This document shows, in pieces, positions 25,950 through 35,984 of a stretch of 42,709 bases of DNA. The notes beneath the pieces are model-generated. The model saw only the letters and a program-made list of their open reading frames with translations, was not told the DNA's origin and made no database searches. Every line of letters begins with the position of its first letter. The stretch's first letter is position 1. The position numbers and the translations under genes are program-made. The stretch is from positions 1 through 42,709 of the IMG/VR virus record IMGVR_UViG_2922326829_000003, one strand, 5' to 3'. This stretch comes from a virus. Its lineage: Duplodnaviria > Heunggongvirae > Uroviricota > Caudoviricetes.

Positions 25950-27308
25950 TTATCTTCTTTTTCTCTCTGGACGAGCACTACGTCTATCTGTTCTTCCTGG
26001 ACGTTCAGCAGGTTCGTTTGTGTCTTCGTTTCTACGACCTCGCGCAGAACGTGATGGTCTTTCCGGCTCCGGTTCTTGTTCCGGCTCATTCTCCGGTTCT
26101 TCGTCAGAGCCTTCCGGTTCCGGTTCTGCGGCAGGTGCAGGTTGGTTATCTTGTTGTCCATCATCTTCACCCAACACATCTTCGATTTCTTTAAGTAAAT
26201 CAAGATTTGTTTTTTTACGAGAAAATACCACTTCAAGATCATTCACCTCAATGAATTCTTTGATATCTGCACGAAGGTCTTGTCCTTCTTCCGATTTGTC
26301 ATCTAACCCATTTTCTTCTAAGCGATCAAAAGCGTCCCACAACGCGTCAATTCCGTTGCCTCCAGTTTGAGTGACGGCATCTGACGCGCTGCCATCAAAT
26401 GTGAAATGACTGTTATCATCAGCTGGGAGAGTCATCTTTATCTTGTCAATGCAATTAGCAATTCTTTCCTCACTCATTACATCTATTTGAAGTTTCTCGT
26501 CAAACTGTTTGAGGAATGCAATAGTTGCTTCTAAGTGGAAGCGGGTATAACGATAAAGAGCTTCTGGCAAACGAGGCGCATCAAGTAATGATTGCAATTC
26601 ATCATCACTCAAAATATCAGTGTCGGAAACTGCGTCAATATTGAAAGAATATTCCGTTTTTTTCTTTTCTGTTTTACGTGTTATTTCGACCAAATACGCA
26701 TTTTCAATGGAAGAGATAGGACATGGCGCTTTGCCTTTTTTGAGTAACTTTTCCCAAAGCTTGATTTTTCGGTCTTCCAAATCCTTGTATTGAGAATACG
26801 ATAAACCTAAAATCTGCATTCCATCTGCACGTTTGTCTGCATCCAAAATATACATACAACGGTTAGAGTTCCATTTTAATCCACCATTAAAGCTGCTTTC
26901 TTTGATCTTCTTAATGAGAGCTTCATCATCGCTGTACTTTTCGGAAGCGACAGAAACGTATTCGTCAACAAGGTCGCATTTTAAATCAGGGAAAGCATAA
27001 TTAGCATTGCAGATATTAACATAGACTGGTTTTTCTTTGCCCTTATTGTCCTTGCCCATGATTTTCAGAACCATATCCTTGATTGGATACTCATAGCCTT
27101 TACGCTCCATAGGAAGAGCTTTGCCATCTTGGTCTATTACTGGGGCCAAAGGAAGGATTCGAACACTGTACGTGCCATCAGCAGTCATTCTGAAATGTTT
27201 TGTGCGACTACCAGATTCGCTCGCACTTTTCTTTTTTGCTTCTTCAAAGGTTTCTTGTGCTTGACTGAAAATGTCAAATACAGATAGATTTTTTTCTTGT
27301 TCCGTCAT
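25950..27308 (-). CDS. single-stranded DNA-binding protein, T4 gp32-like (putative), with a long charged tail
   Basis: Start at 27308 (MTEQEK). G.YSVRILP N-terminus, G..VEITR..E.K.TEY core and position beside SbcCD fit gp32-like SSBs. Confidence 0.6.
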   Translation of the reverse strand: MTEQEKNLSVFDIFSQAQETFEEAKKKSASESGSRTKHFRMTADGTYSVRILPLAPVIDQDGKALPMERKGYEYPIKDMVLKIMGKDNKGKEKPVYVNICNANYAFPDLKCDLVDEYVSVASEKYSDDEALIKKIKESSFNGGLKWNSNRCMYILDADKRADGMQILGLSYSQYKDLEDRKIKLWEKLLKKGKAPCPISSIENAYLVEITRKTEKKKTEYSFNIDAVSDTDILSDDELQSLLDAPRLPEALYRYTRFHLEATIAFLKQFDEKLQIDVMSEERIANCIDKIKMTLPADDNSHFTFDGSASDAVTQTGGNGIDALWDAFDRLEENGLDDKSEEGQDLRADIKEFIEVNDLEVVFSRKKTNLDLLKEIEDVLGEDDGQQDNQPAPAAEPEPEGSDEEPENEPEQEPEPERPSRSARGRRNEDTNEPAERPGRTDRRSARPERKRR

Positions 27309-27324
27309 CTTAGTAAGAATGATA

Positions 27325-27795
27325 TTAAATTTTCCGAGAATAATTATCCCACTGGGAAGCATACGCTCCTGCGTAAATTTCTTTTGCTTCCGGAGCTTTC
27401 AATTCATCCCTAACCGGGATTTCTTTTATGCCCCATTCAGTTTCAGCATGGCGAATGATTTTCTCGATAACATCATTCACCTCAATTGATTTTTCTGTTT
27501 TCAAGTCAAAGTATTCGTACTTTTCTCCTGCGATTATATCAGTTCTCATTGGAGCATATATCTCCTCAAAGTAACTGTATAGGGCACCTACTGACGGATG
27601 TTCTGGAAGAGCATCAGATATTCGCTTTAAAACGATTCCAAATAGGTACTTCAATTGAGGTAGAGCTTTATTTTTTTCTTTATCGAAAAGGAGATAGCCA
27701 TATTCGCCATCTTCCAGTTCATTAATAGAATCCATCAGCTCTGTTTTGTCGGCATTACCATTGTCGATGTTGATAATGCCTTTACTTTTAATCAT
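27325..27795 (-). CDS. hypothetical protein (NinB-like?)
   Basis: 156 aa; QLKYLFGIVLKRIS resembles the NinB QN.YLW motif; first gene after a promoter. Confidence 0.65.
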   Translation of the reverse strand: MIKSKGIINIDNGNADKTELMDSINELEDGEYGYLLFDKEKNKALPQLKYLFGIVLKRISDALPEHPSVGALYSYFEEIYAPMRTDIIAGEKYEYFDLKTEKSIEVNDVIEKIIRHAETEWGIKEIPVRDELKAPEAKEIYAGAYASQWDNYSRKI

Positions 27796-27829
27796 TACAT
27801 AGATACATTATTTTTGAGTTTTGTGAAGG

Positions 27830-27860
27830 CAAAGGTATATAAAAAATATAAATGTGCAAA
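27830..27860 (-). promoter_or_regulatory. Bacteroidetes primary-sigma promoter for the recombination/replication operon
   Basis: -7 TACCTTTG (27830-27837) and -33 TTTG (27857-27860), 19-nt spacer. Confidence 0.75.
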
Positions 27861-27957
27861 TGATTCTTCAAACTTTTATATATTCAAATCACTATGCGAA
27901 TTGTAAACGACTGAAACACAGTGTATGTTTATGTTATAATATATCATAAATATATTA

Positions 27958-28434
27958 TTAATATATGCGATTATGATATTTATTTTGAAATTTATGTGTG
28001 TAATCTACCAATTTGCCACTTTCATCTACTAAGTAAAATCTTTGGTTTGTGTTTTTGTCACTTAATGGACCACGACCTTCAATGTATGACCCGATTTTTA
28101 TGTAATCAAAATTAGAAATATTGATTTTAGATGAGATTTTGTCTCGTCCAGAATACCATGCCGATTTTAAGTTTAATGATTTTATTACACTTGATAAATA
28201 ATCAACATACTCAGGATTTGAATCCCCACCCATTATTGATACACATGTTATTCCATTGTTTTTTTTGATAAGTTTCAACAAGGAGTTTTCAGTTAGGCAT
28301 TCACCTATATCATGCCATAAATATAAGGAATGGCACCCCCGACAATGACAGGGGCACCCACTTATATTGATTGCAAGAGTGATTTCGTCTGGTATTTCAG
28401 AAAAAACCACTTTTGTATCAACAAACTTTAGCAT
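27958..28434 (-). CDS. nrdG: anaerobic ribonucleotide reductase activating protein (radical SAM)
   Basis: GCPCHCRGCHS CxxxCxxC; KIGSY; NQRFY; adjacent to nrdD. Confidence 0.9.
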   Translation of the reverse strand: MLKFVDTKVVFSEIPDEITLAINISGCPCHCRGCHSLYLWHDIGECLTENSLLKLIKKNNGITCVSIMGGDSNPEYVDYLSSVIKSLNLKSAWYSGRDKISSKINISNFDYIKIGSYIEGRGPLSDKNTNQRFYLVDESGKLVDYTHKFQNKYHNRIY

Positions 28435-30596
28435 TATTCAATAATTTGTGAATAGACACGTTTTCCGGCCTCGACTCTGCGACCTTTGCTGAAGTTGGAA
28501 ATAGGTCTCAAGTAACCAATAATTCGTGTCCACCAGGTAATCCTATCGCTTCCGCATTGAGGGCATTGAGAGAGCTTGTGTTTCGATATATGGCCGCATT
28601 CAGCACATTGAGAGTTTGGAATATTGAATGTGAAATAGTTTGTTCCTTCTTTTACCGCATATTCAATCAACAACCGATACTGTTCTTGACTGAGGTGTTC
28701 TTCCAGGTTGCAGTGTAAAGCAACGCCTCCATCCAATGACTCAACATATTTCTTGCCATGAAGCCTGAATTTTTCGAGAACTGACACAGATTCATCGTCT
28801 GGTTTGTAGAAATAACTGTTGTAACAGTTTCTATCTTCAGGAATCCAATATCCATCTTCCTTATCCCATTGATAATTCTTGATAGCGAGACTTTCTGCTG
28901 GTACAAATTCGCAATTAAATTTCAGATGATGTTTACTTTTGATGTCTTCATGTAACCTGTTTTGTTCTCCAATGGTTGAAGTTATTAGATTGCAAAAATC
29001 CTGATAGCGTTTATTGTCATTGATTTTGATGCCAATAAATTCAGCAGCTTCATTTAGTCCATTGATGCCAATAGTCAGAAATTGTTGGTTTAAAGAAATA
29101 TAACCTTCTGAATAAACGGGCATCATTTTATTGTCATATAAATCCCAAAGCAATTCGTTGTATGCAGTGTGGTATTTATATACTCGATCCAATATGTCAG
29201 ACAGGTAGCGCTTTAAATCGTTAGGATCATATTCTCCATCAACTTTATTATTTAAACGCATGAAGTCTTGAATGATTCGGTTTAGATTGAGTGTAATAAC
29301 AGACTTGCTTCCAGTTGCAACTCCTGTAAGGCCACTGGTAAAACTAAATTCGTTCTTTTCAAGTTTGTTTTTTAACCGGCAGCAACTGCTTAGTGAGTCA
29401 GCATTATCGGAGATATATGTAAAAAATGAATGTCCTGCTGCATACATTTCAGCAACAAATTCTTTATAATCTTTATCGATAATATCATTTCCATCAGACA
29501 ACATGGCAACAGTCTCCACTGGAAACGTAAGAAGGCACTTTTGTCTTTCTGCATTAAACCAACGCATAAATTTCTTCTGGAGGTAATCTACCGCTTCCCA
29601 ACTCGGCTTTGTTCCATCCGGATATACAAAATCCGAAAACAAAGCCTCCCAGTAATTTTTATCATAATAGCTGATATTTGTAAATGGAGACTGATAACTC
29701 CTGTTTCCTGCCGGTTGATTAATTGTGTAAACAATGTTCTGGAAGGCTTGCTCAATCGTGTCAGAAATTGTTTTGTGCTTTATTTTAGAATGTTGAACGA
29801 TGTCATAATCATTCATATAAAAGAATTCACCCCATTCTTTTATGCAATAATAAGCAATCACGTTGAAAAACTCCCCAAAAGCAACAGCTCCCTGAAATTG
29901 AGATGATAATAAGAATGCAAGATTACCGAATTGCCCGGTGAACGAATCCAGATTTTGAGGAGCTTTCGTTCCCAAACGATCTAAAGTGGCTGTTCCTCGT
30001 TGCATGAACGGATATAGATTTACAGCTACACAATATGGCTTAATAGCCGGTGCAGAACCCTCATCATGTTTATAAATAGTTTTTGAATTCAAGTCCTTAA
30101 TATAATCGGGCGCACTAACACCATACAGCTCTTTCAGCTTCTTCACAATACGATACCGGCTAACGTCAGTATTAAATGTTTTGTATAATTCGGCTTCCAA
30201 CGTAGCAACATTTTTATTCTGAATATTGGCATTTCCATCTATTTCAGAAGACGTGGCAGCATTTTCATTACTTGTGCTATATTTTTCAATGTAATCGGCC
30301 CGGTCTTTGATTAATCGCAGTTCTTTATGTTTTTCGCGATATACCGCAAACACTATAGCGGTTTTAGAGCATTTAAGCCCAATCAAGGCATTTTGAATAA
30401 TGTCTTGAATTTCTTCAACGCACAGTTTTTTTTTAGAATTCTCCAGAAGCCCACACACCACTTCTGTTACTGTTTTCGCTGACTTTTCGCAAAAATTCAA
30501 ATCACTATGTGAAGCCATGAATGCCTTTTTTACAGCATTATATACTTTAGCTTCATTAAAACTTTCTATTGTTCCGTCTCTTTTGATTACTTGCAT
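28434..30596 (-). CDS. nrdD: class III anaerobic ribonucleoside-triphosphate reductase with ATP cone
   Basis: VIKRDG ATP cone; YCVA; SCCRL; TIGING; EFVPAESL; C-terminal CxxC/CxxC and RIIGYL glycyl-radical motif. Confidence 0.93.
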   Translation of the reverse strand: MQVIKRDGTIESFNEAKVYNAVKKAFMASHSDLNFCEKSAKTVTEVVCGLLENSKKKLCVEEIQDIIQNALIGLKCSKTAIVFAVYREKHKELRLIKDRADYIEKYSTSNENAATSSEIDGNANIQNKNVATLEAELYKTFNTDVSRYRIVKKLKELYGVSAPDYIKDLNSKTIYKHDEGSAPAIKPYCVAVNLYPFMQRGTATLDRLGTKAPQNLDSFTGQFGNLAFLLSSQFQGAVAFGEFFNVIAYYCIKEWGEFFYMNDYDIVQHSKIKHKTISDTIEQAFQNIVYTINQPAGNRSYQSPFTNISYYDKNYWEALFSDFVYPDGTKPSWEAVDYLQKKFMRWFNAERQKCLLTFPVETVAMLSDGNDIIDKDYKEFVAEMYAAGHSFFTYISDNADSLSSCCRLKNKLEKNEFSFTSGLTGVATGSKSVITLNLNRIIQDFMRLNNKVDGEYDPNDLKRYLSDILDRVYKYHTAYNELLWDLYDNKMMPVYSEGYISLNQQFLTIGINGLNEAAEFIGIKINDNKRYQDFCNLITSTIGEQNRLHEDIKSKHHLKFNCEFVPAESLAIKNYQWDKEDGYWIPEDRNCYNSYFYKPDDESVSVLEKFRLHGKKYVESLDGGVALHCNLEEHLSQEQYRLLIEYAVKEGTNYFTFNIPNSQCAECGHISKHKLSQCPQCGSDRITWWTRIIGYLRPISNFSKGRRVEAGKRVYSQIIE

Positions 30597-31288
30597 AACC
30601 CTTGTTGTTTTTCAGAAAAGTTAGTAAGATACTGTTCTAATTCAATTTTAAATGCTGGTGTATTGTTGAATCCACAGCAAGTTGATTCTCCGCAGATTCC
30701 TCCGCGATAAACACATTTTCGTACCATCACAGAAGATAGTGCTGGATCGACAAGTTCAATTTGTTTTTTGATTTCTTGGAAAACCAGAACAGTTTCCTTA
30801 TGCGCTTGAAGGCAAAGGCGCAACTTGGCCATATCTATTAATGATTGTGCATTAACAAATAATCCAAGATTTACTGGAGTGTAACGGTCAGAGTTCTCCT
30901 TTAGCCATTCCAACTCTTGAATTGAGTCTTCCAACGCTTCTTCCAATCCGTCATTGTATCCATTTTGGTGCATATTCAAATGAAGACTTAACTTTTCTAC
31001 GACAGAAGACACCTTCGCAATAAGCCCGGGGTTTCCACCTTTTCTATCGTCTCTGCATGTTAACTGGAAGGGCACAGAGCCGACGTGATGCCTCAAAAGA
31101 TGAGTTGCAATAAATAATGGAATGTTTTTGGCCGTGATCCAGAATAGTTGAGTTCTGGCTGGAGAGTGCTCCGATTTGTAAATGCTTAATAATTGTTGTC
31201 GGCTTTTACCGAGGAAAGTCATCTCACACGCCTCTTGCATGAGAGATTCGTCCGTTACCTTGCGGACGGATACAACAAAATCTTTCAT
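30587..31288 (-). CDS. thyX: FAD-dependent thymidylate synthase
   Basis: Start at 31288 (MKDFVV); SEHSPAR, THLLRHH.G...Q...RDDR, AKLRLC, CVYRGGIC. Confidence 0.78.
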   Translation of the reverse strand: MKDFVVSVRKVTDESLMQEACEMTFLGKSRQQLLSIYKSEHSPARTQLFWITAKNIPLFIATHLLRHHVGSVPFQLTCRDDRKGGNPGLIAKVSSVVEKLSLHLNMHQNGYNDGLEEALEDSIQELEWLKENSDRYTPVNLGLFVNAQSLIDMAKLRLCLQAHKETVLVFQEIKKQIELVDPALSSVMVRKCVYRGGICGESTCCGFNNTPAFKIELEQYLTNFSEKQQGLCK

Positions 31289-31344
31289 TAAAAATAACTG
31301 AATGAAATAAATAAGGGGATTCTGGAGTATTTCAATTGAGATGA

Positions 31345-31352
31345 CAAAGGTA
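31345..31352 (-). promoter_or_regulatory. Bacteroidetes -7 box upstream of thyX-nrdD-nrdG
   Basis: TACCTTTG, identical to the -7 box at 27830; no clean -33 TTTG. Confidence 0.5.
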
Positions 31353-31369
31353 ATAATTCTATTTAAGAA

Positions 31370-31409
31370 GAAAAGAAAAATAAAGGGAATATATTTATAC
31401 CCCCTTATT
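31370..31409 (-). terminator. putative intrinsic terminator after the tail gene block
   Basis: AATAAGGGG/CCCTTTATT stem followed by TTTCTTTTC on the - strand. Confidence 0.5.
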
Positions 31410-31427
31410 CGAATCATGGATAACAGA

Positions 31428-31853
31428 TTAATTGTCAACCATCCTTTTGCGCATTTTTATGTAGTAGAGTTCAATACTTGCATTTGTTTTTACTGGCCTG
31501 CCAGCATACAAACCGTATTTTCTGTATTTAATCAAACACCGTCTGAATTTCGGTTTCTGAAACAGAGGATTGTTTGATGCGTATCCAATAGCCTCGATTA
31601 AATCTGCTGATGGAGCGAATGAAGCTCCATTAGCGTCAATAATAAGTTTGTATTCCAACGGAGCTTCATGTTTTAAATAATGTCCAATCCGAGTTTCATC
31701 AAACGTCCTCTTTATCCTCTTTCTTCCGGGTCTTTTTCTTTTTACTTTCGATTTGCTCACCCCCTTCGGTAAGCTCTTCTGCTCTGGATTCTTCTTTGAG
31801 TCGTTCATCTTCTTTGTGATTTCTTTCTCGTTTTCTAACAGCTTCTTCTTCAT
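31428..31853 (-). CDS. basic hypothetical protein (true start possibly the GTG of VSKSKV)
   Basis: KRKRPGRKRIKR basic patch then a globular region; the N-terminus overlaps ORF 31699-31899 in another frame. Confidence 0.65.
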   Translation of the reverse strand: MKKKLLENEKEITKKMNDSKKNPEQKSLPKGVSKSKVKRKRPGRKRIKRTFDETRIGHYLKHEAPLEYKLIIDANGASFAPSADLIEAIGYASNNPLFQKPKFRRCLIKYRKYGLYAGRPVKTNASIELYYIKMRKRMVDN

Positions 31854-31898
31854 TCTGAGCCATTGCTTTCGAGTCTTTTACAAAATTGTGAATCTTCA

Positions 31899-33665
31899 TT
31901 ATACCATATATGTTATTGAGAATGGGATTCTTACACCATGATTATTGCAATAATCAACGATGCAGTTTCTACTATTAGCGTCAATATGGCAACGCCATTG
32001 TCCGGAATAGGACGACACAACTGTGCTAAAGGCGACAGCGTAAGTAGGTGGGTCAATTGTATTTGGGATTATGAATAATGTATTTGAATGAATAGTGGTA
32101 ACGTAACCTTGAATGGAGACAATATTACCTATTTGTCGTACATATAAATCACTGGTTATTTTCACCCAGCCAGAATCTTTCATTTTCGGCTGGAAGTCTC
32201 CACCGTAAGTAGCTCCAATATTAGAACATATCTTTTTCTTTGCATCTTCCGTTGAAGCCATGTCAGATAGTAACTTAGACAATTCAGGAACTTTCTTTAT
32301 AACATCATCCATCGAGACAGCATCAATTTGCGAACGCAAAGTGGATTTTAATACAGTTGTTGAGATAAACTGAGAGAAGCCGCCATTAATTGCAGCAAAC
32401 CTCTTATCTGCATCTGTTGTTGAGTAAACGCCATCAGCCTTAGCGTATTTCTTAAACTCTAATGAGACATCGTTTTTTAGAGCATATTTATCAGAAAGCT
32501 TAGCGCCATTCTCCATAATGACCGGACCTAAATTAACAGCCTCCAGTCCTTTGATAGATATATTTGCTAATGAATTATATATTTCAAATATTTTATCGGT
32601 TGTTGAGTTGTAGCCAATATATGCAACTTGACTGGAAGAAGAATCCACCCAAGAAACAATTTTTTGAAGGGAATTATTTGACTTTGCAAAAGAACTTTTC
32701 AGAATAAGCCCGGCTGCTTGGGAACCTGAAATATTTAATTGCCCATTCAAAGTTGCCAATGAGGTTTTACCATCAATTCCTAAAATAACCCCACTTTTTC
32801 CATTTCCAATGTATGTATTACGGTAATATTGGTTTCCACCATTGTAGCCCAGATAATTGACATACAATGATCCGGAATCAGTTGGCACACCATCGTTATA
32901 TAAGTTATTGCCAGTGTTTTTTATGTTTCCAAATTTTCCAGAATCAGATGCTATCGGTTTTTTAAAGCTAACAAGTTGACCATTAGCTGAGAATATTGCG
33001 TTGTTGTTGATGCTAAAAAGAAAGCCATTATCGTTAGATAACGCAATTTTGTAAACAGGACCATTGCTGATCTGGGATTGAATTATAAGATTTGTGCCCT
33101 CATAAAATATTTGCCCAACTGAATTTCCTGACTTTACAATAGCCCTATCCTCGGTTTGTATCGTTCCTTTAGAATTTACTTTATTCAAAAAGTTAACGAT
33201 TCCCTTTACATCTTGTGTACCCGCTGAAGGGTCTAAGACTAAAGCGTATTTCCCAAAGAGAGCATCTTTCATTTGTTTTCCACCGGATGCCGATATTGAA
33301 ATATATTGCGGGATTGCTCCGGTCAAAGGATCAAGAACAGTCGGCACACTCTTACCGATAGCGCATCCATAAATATTACGCCCTACTTTGTCTGTTCCAC
33401 TTGCATAGGCCACACTTTCAGTTTTATTCGATTCATAAATATATTGTGGCCAGGTACAACCAGTAGCACCTTGGAAGTAGCGTAATTTGCCATTTATATA
33501 GATATAGCCATCACTTATTGTTGTGCCGGATACTTTACATCCATTTACGATGAAATTGTCACAGCCATCAAAAATAGAAGAGAATGCTAATGCAAGATTT
33601 TGAAGGTTCAGAACATCATCAACGTATGTGTATCGCCCTCCTGTTTGAGCAGCAAATTCTTTCAT
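31899..33665 (-). CDS. tail fibre / baseplate-associated structural protein
   Basis: N-terminal GCKVSGTTISDGYIYING, typical of baseplate-attached fibres; G/N/S-rich beta region; C-terminal LYVRQIGNIVSIQG...LFIIP..I.PP module. Confidence 0.7.
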   Translation of the reverse strand: MKEFAAQTGGRYTYVDDVLNLQNLALAFSSIFDGCDNFIVNGCKVSGTTISDGYIYINGKLRYFQGATGCTWPQYIYESNKTESVAYASGTDKVGRNIYGCAIGKSVPTVLDPLTGAIPQYISISASGGKQMKDALFGKYALVLDPSAGTQDVKGIVNFLNKVNSKGTIQTEDRAIVKSGNSVGQIFYEGTNLIIQSQISNGPVYKIALSNDNGFLFSINNNAIFSANGQLVSFKKPIASDSGKFGNIKNTGNNLYNDGVPTDSGSLYVNYLGYNGGNQYYRNTYIGNGKSGVILGIDGKTSLATLNGQLNISGSQAAGLILKSSFAKSNNSLQKIVSWVDSSSSQVAYIGYNSTTDKIFEIYNSLANISIKGLEAVNLGPVIMENGAKLSDKYALKNDVSLEFKKYAKADGVYSTTDADKRFAAINGGFSQFISTTVLKSTLRSQIDAVSMDDVIKKVPELSKLLSDMASTEDAKKKICSNIGATYGGDFQPKMKDSGWVKITSDLYVRQIGNIVSIQGYVTTIHSNTLFIIPNTIDPPTYAVAFSTVVSSYSGQWRCHIDANSRNCIVDYCNNHGVRIPFSITYMV

Positions 33666-33667
33666 TA

Positions 33668-34198
33668 TTACGAATTAAATTTTATCTTAAAAGTTTTACC
33701 AGAGATTTTGTATTTGTCAACATAATAAGTGACCATGGCGATATAGGCCTCTTTTGAAATCAATCTTGTATCTATTTCTGGGGAATAAACATAAAAACTG
33801 CATTCGTTTTCATCGGTTAATTCACCATTATAGTTGAGTGGGGTTGAATTCTTCTTGCCTTCTGACTCATATTTGAACAGTAAATTATCTACTTTAATAA
33901 TGTCAGCAGCTTCCGAATATATAGGCACCCCAACCCTTTTTCCATTTTTAACGAAAACATGTTGGGTTTTGTCTTTAAAATAAACATCAAATTTTCGATT
34001 TAAAAACCACTCCAGCTTAATTATTTGCGAGGTCATAGTTGCCTCTATTTTAGTTTCCTTGGCCCATTTTGCAAACTCATCATTTATGATCTGTAATGGT
34101 TTCATTAAAGCTTGCAAATATAAAATCAGCTTCCTTCCTGATAGGTAATGGGCAGAAAGTTGATTTATAGTTTTATCAAAATTTATACTGTACCTCAT
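33668..34198 (-). CDS. baseplate wedge protein (P2 gpI-like position)
   Basis: Follows the baseplate J-like gene; SQIIKLEWFLNRKFD; V.YYVDKYKISGK.F C-terminus. Confidence 0.55.
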   Translation of the reverse strand: MRYSINFDKTINQLSAHYLSGRKLILYLQALMKPLQIINDEFAKWAKETKIEATMTSQIIKLEWFLNRKFDVYFKDKTQHVFVKNGKRVGVPIYSEAADIIKVDNLLFKYESEGKKNSTPLNYNGELTDENECSFYVYSPEIDTRLISKEAYIAMVTYYVDKYKISGKTFKIKFNS

Positions 34199-35106
34199 CT
34201 TTCTTCAATTTTCAAAATTATAGATTCTCTCCAAGTCTGTAGTGTAGCTTCAGAACCTTCCTTAGAACTTTGTTTTATGAAACCGCTGTTTGGGGTGAAC
34301 ATCCTATCAACTCTTTTTTCATAAGTACCCGGATTCTTCTCATCTTCAATGAGTAAATTGTCGTCATCATATTGAGCGACAAAAATTCCTTGATGATCGC
34401 TGGATGAATCGCTTATGTAGACATCTAATACATGATCCGCTTTTTGAATAGCATCGACAATTCTTTGCACATATACAACCCCATTAAATTCAATATTAGC
34501 TATAAAATCATTCAAAGAATTTTCTATATTTTGGTACACTTCATCTTCACTTACCGCTCCATCATAATAAACTGTTACTCTCGGGACCAAGACATCGCCA
34601 TGGCGACTAACAACATTGATGCTCGTTCCGGCAAATTTAATTTTGTCAACATAAGATCGTATTGCTAAAAGTTCATTGCCTTCTATTCGTTCGTAGGCTC
34701 CCGATTTACCTGTTGCAATTTTTAGCAACAAAAGTTTGTCATTAAAACCTGCGGATGAATATTCAGAATAACTCACTCTTGAAATAATTCGTTTTTCCTC
34801 ATTTATAACACCATAAGAAAAAGCAGTACCTTCCTCATTCATCATCAACTCGCCGCCAGATTGATATTTCAACAAAGCATTTGCATAATAGGCCGGTGTG
34901 CCATTTATTCTGTTTTGTAATTCCTTGGCCAAGTCTATTTTAAACACATCTAAAACTGTTTCAAACACCATTATACAGGCCGAAACGACCCAAGTGAAGG
35001 CATCCAAAACAGACATTTTAGATGAATTTGTAAATTCTGTCAACTCTAAATATTGATCCCTAATTTGCTTTGATGTAGCATATATTTCAGTTAATGATCT
35101 TGCCAT
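34195..35106 (-). CDS. baseplate J-like wedge protein
   Basis: MARSL.EI N-terminus; GT..YY; KIA; YV.KIKFAGT...V; I.DAIQ...V.DV. Confidence 0.65.
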   Translation of the reverse strand: MARSLTEIYATSKQIRDQYLELTEFTNSSKMSVLDAFTWVVSACIMVFETVLDVFKIDLAKELQNRINGTPAYYANALLKYQSGGELMMNEEGTAFSYGVINEEKRIISRVSYSEYSSAGFNDKLLLLKIATGKSGAYERIEGNELLAIRSYVDKIKFAGTSINVVSRHGDVLVPRVTVYYDGAVSEDEVYQNIENSLNDFIANIEFNGVVYVQRIVDAIQKADHVLDVYISDSSSDHQGIFVAQYDDDNLLIEDEKNPGTYEKRVDRMFTPNSGFIKQSSKEGSEATLQTWRESIILKIEER

Positions 35107-35984
35107 TATTCTTTTGTATAAATATCTCCGTTAATAATAAATTTCCATTTACCAGCGTCATTCCAACTTGGTTCGTTGATAATTGTTTGTATGGCTTGCA
35201 TTCCCTTTTCTGTTGGTGTTGTATTCAAGAGAACAACACAATTACGTCTATTGCCATAATTAGTTGCTATGTATTGCAGATAATTGTCCAATACAGAAAC
35301 ATCGGTAAATCGAACATTCAAGAGATTCAATTCCTGAAGACTCATATCAGATATGGGCTCTAATTCTGAAATTACCATACCTTGCAAGTTCAATATTACT
35401 GTTCCCTCAAACAAGAATAGACCTTTTAAAGAATATCCGTTTGATTTGCTTATATATTCATCAACAATCAAAGGTCTTGTTAAGAACATGTCTCCATTCA
35501 AATTAGACGCATCAAAGGTCGTAAAAGTACAATCACCATAAAATTTCAACCGCCTTGTATCAACAATGCTATCAAAATAGTGAGTTATTTCTTGTGGTTG
35601 ATTTGATAGAGCAATCGTCTCTAAATCAGAATTATCCCCCCAGTCTATTTGAACATTACCTTGTCCACCAATAATGATGCTGGAGGACACTATCTTATTA
35701 TCTATTCCACATACGGCAAATAAATCATAATTTGGTTTTTTAAAATAAACATGTCGCTCTCCATTTGCCGGGATATAATTGTTTTCTTTGATGCTCTTAA
35801 CAATACCATCATTTATCACAAAATAGTCATGGTACTCTAATCTCGTTCCGGTTTTTAAGTCGGTATTCATTGTGAGTGATTCGTTACTTATCAGAAGATC
35901 AAACAATCCTTCAACAGAGCCGTACAGCTCTAATGCTACATCAAATATATTTTGATTGGGTTTTACTATATGTTGCGCCATCAA
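35106..35984 (-). CDS. baseplate protein with N-terminal LysM/tail-X-like domain
   Basis: HIVKPNQNIFDVALELYGSVEGLFDLLISN LysM-like; later IDWGDNS and LRR-like segments. Confidence 0.6.
   Translation of the reverse strand: MMAQHIVKPNQNIFDVALELYGSVEGLFDLLISNESLTMNTDLKTGTRLEYHDYFVINDGIVKSIKENNYIPANGERHVYFKKPNYDLFAVCGIDNKIVSSSIIIGGQGNVQIDWGDNSDLETIALSNQPQEITHYFDSIVDTRRLKFYGDCTFTTFDASNLNGDMFLTRPLIVDEYISKSNGYSLKGLFLFEGTVILNLQGMVISELEPISDMSLQELNLLNVRFTDVSVLDNYLQYIATNYGNRRNCVVLLNTTPTEKGMQAIQTIINEPSWNDAGKWKFIINGDIYTKE

Noticed and set aside
27860-27990. Very AT-rich stretch as a replication origin
   Set aside because: No iterons or repeats seen; explained by the promoter region and the nrdG 3' end.
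31289-31438. 50-codon N-terminal extension of thyX in the ORF track
   Set aside because: It runs through an intergenic region with a terminator and a -7 promoter box; ATG 31288 is the plausible start.
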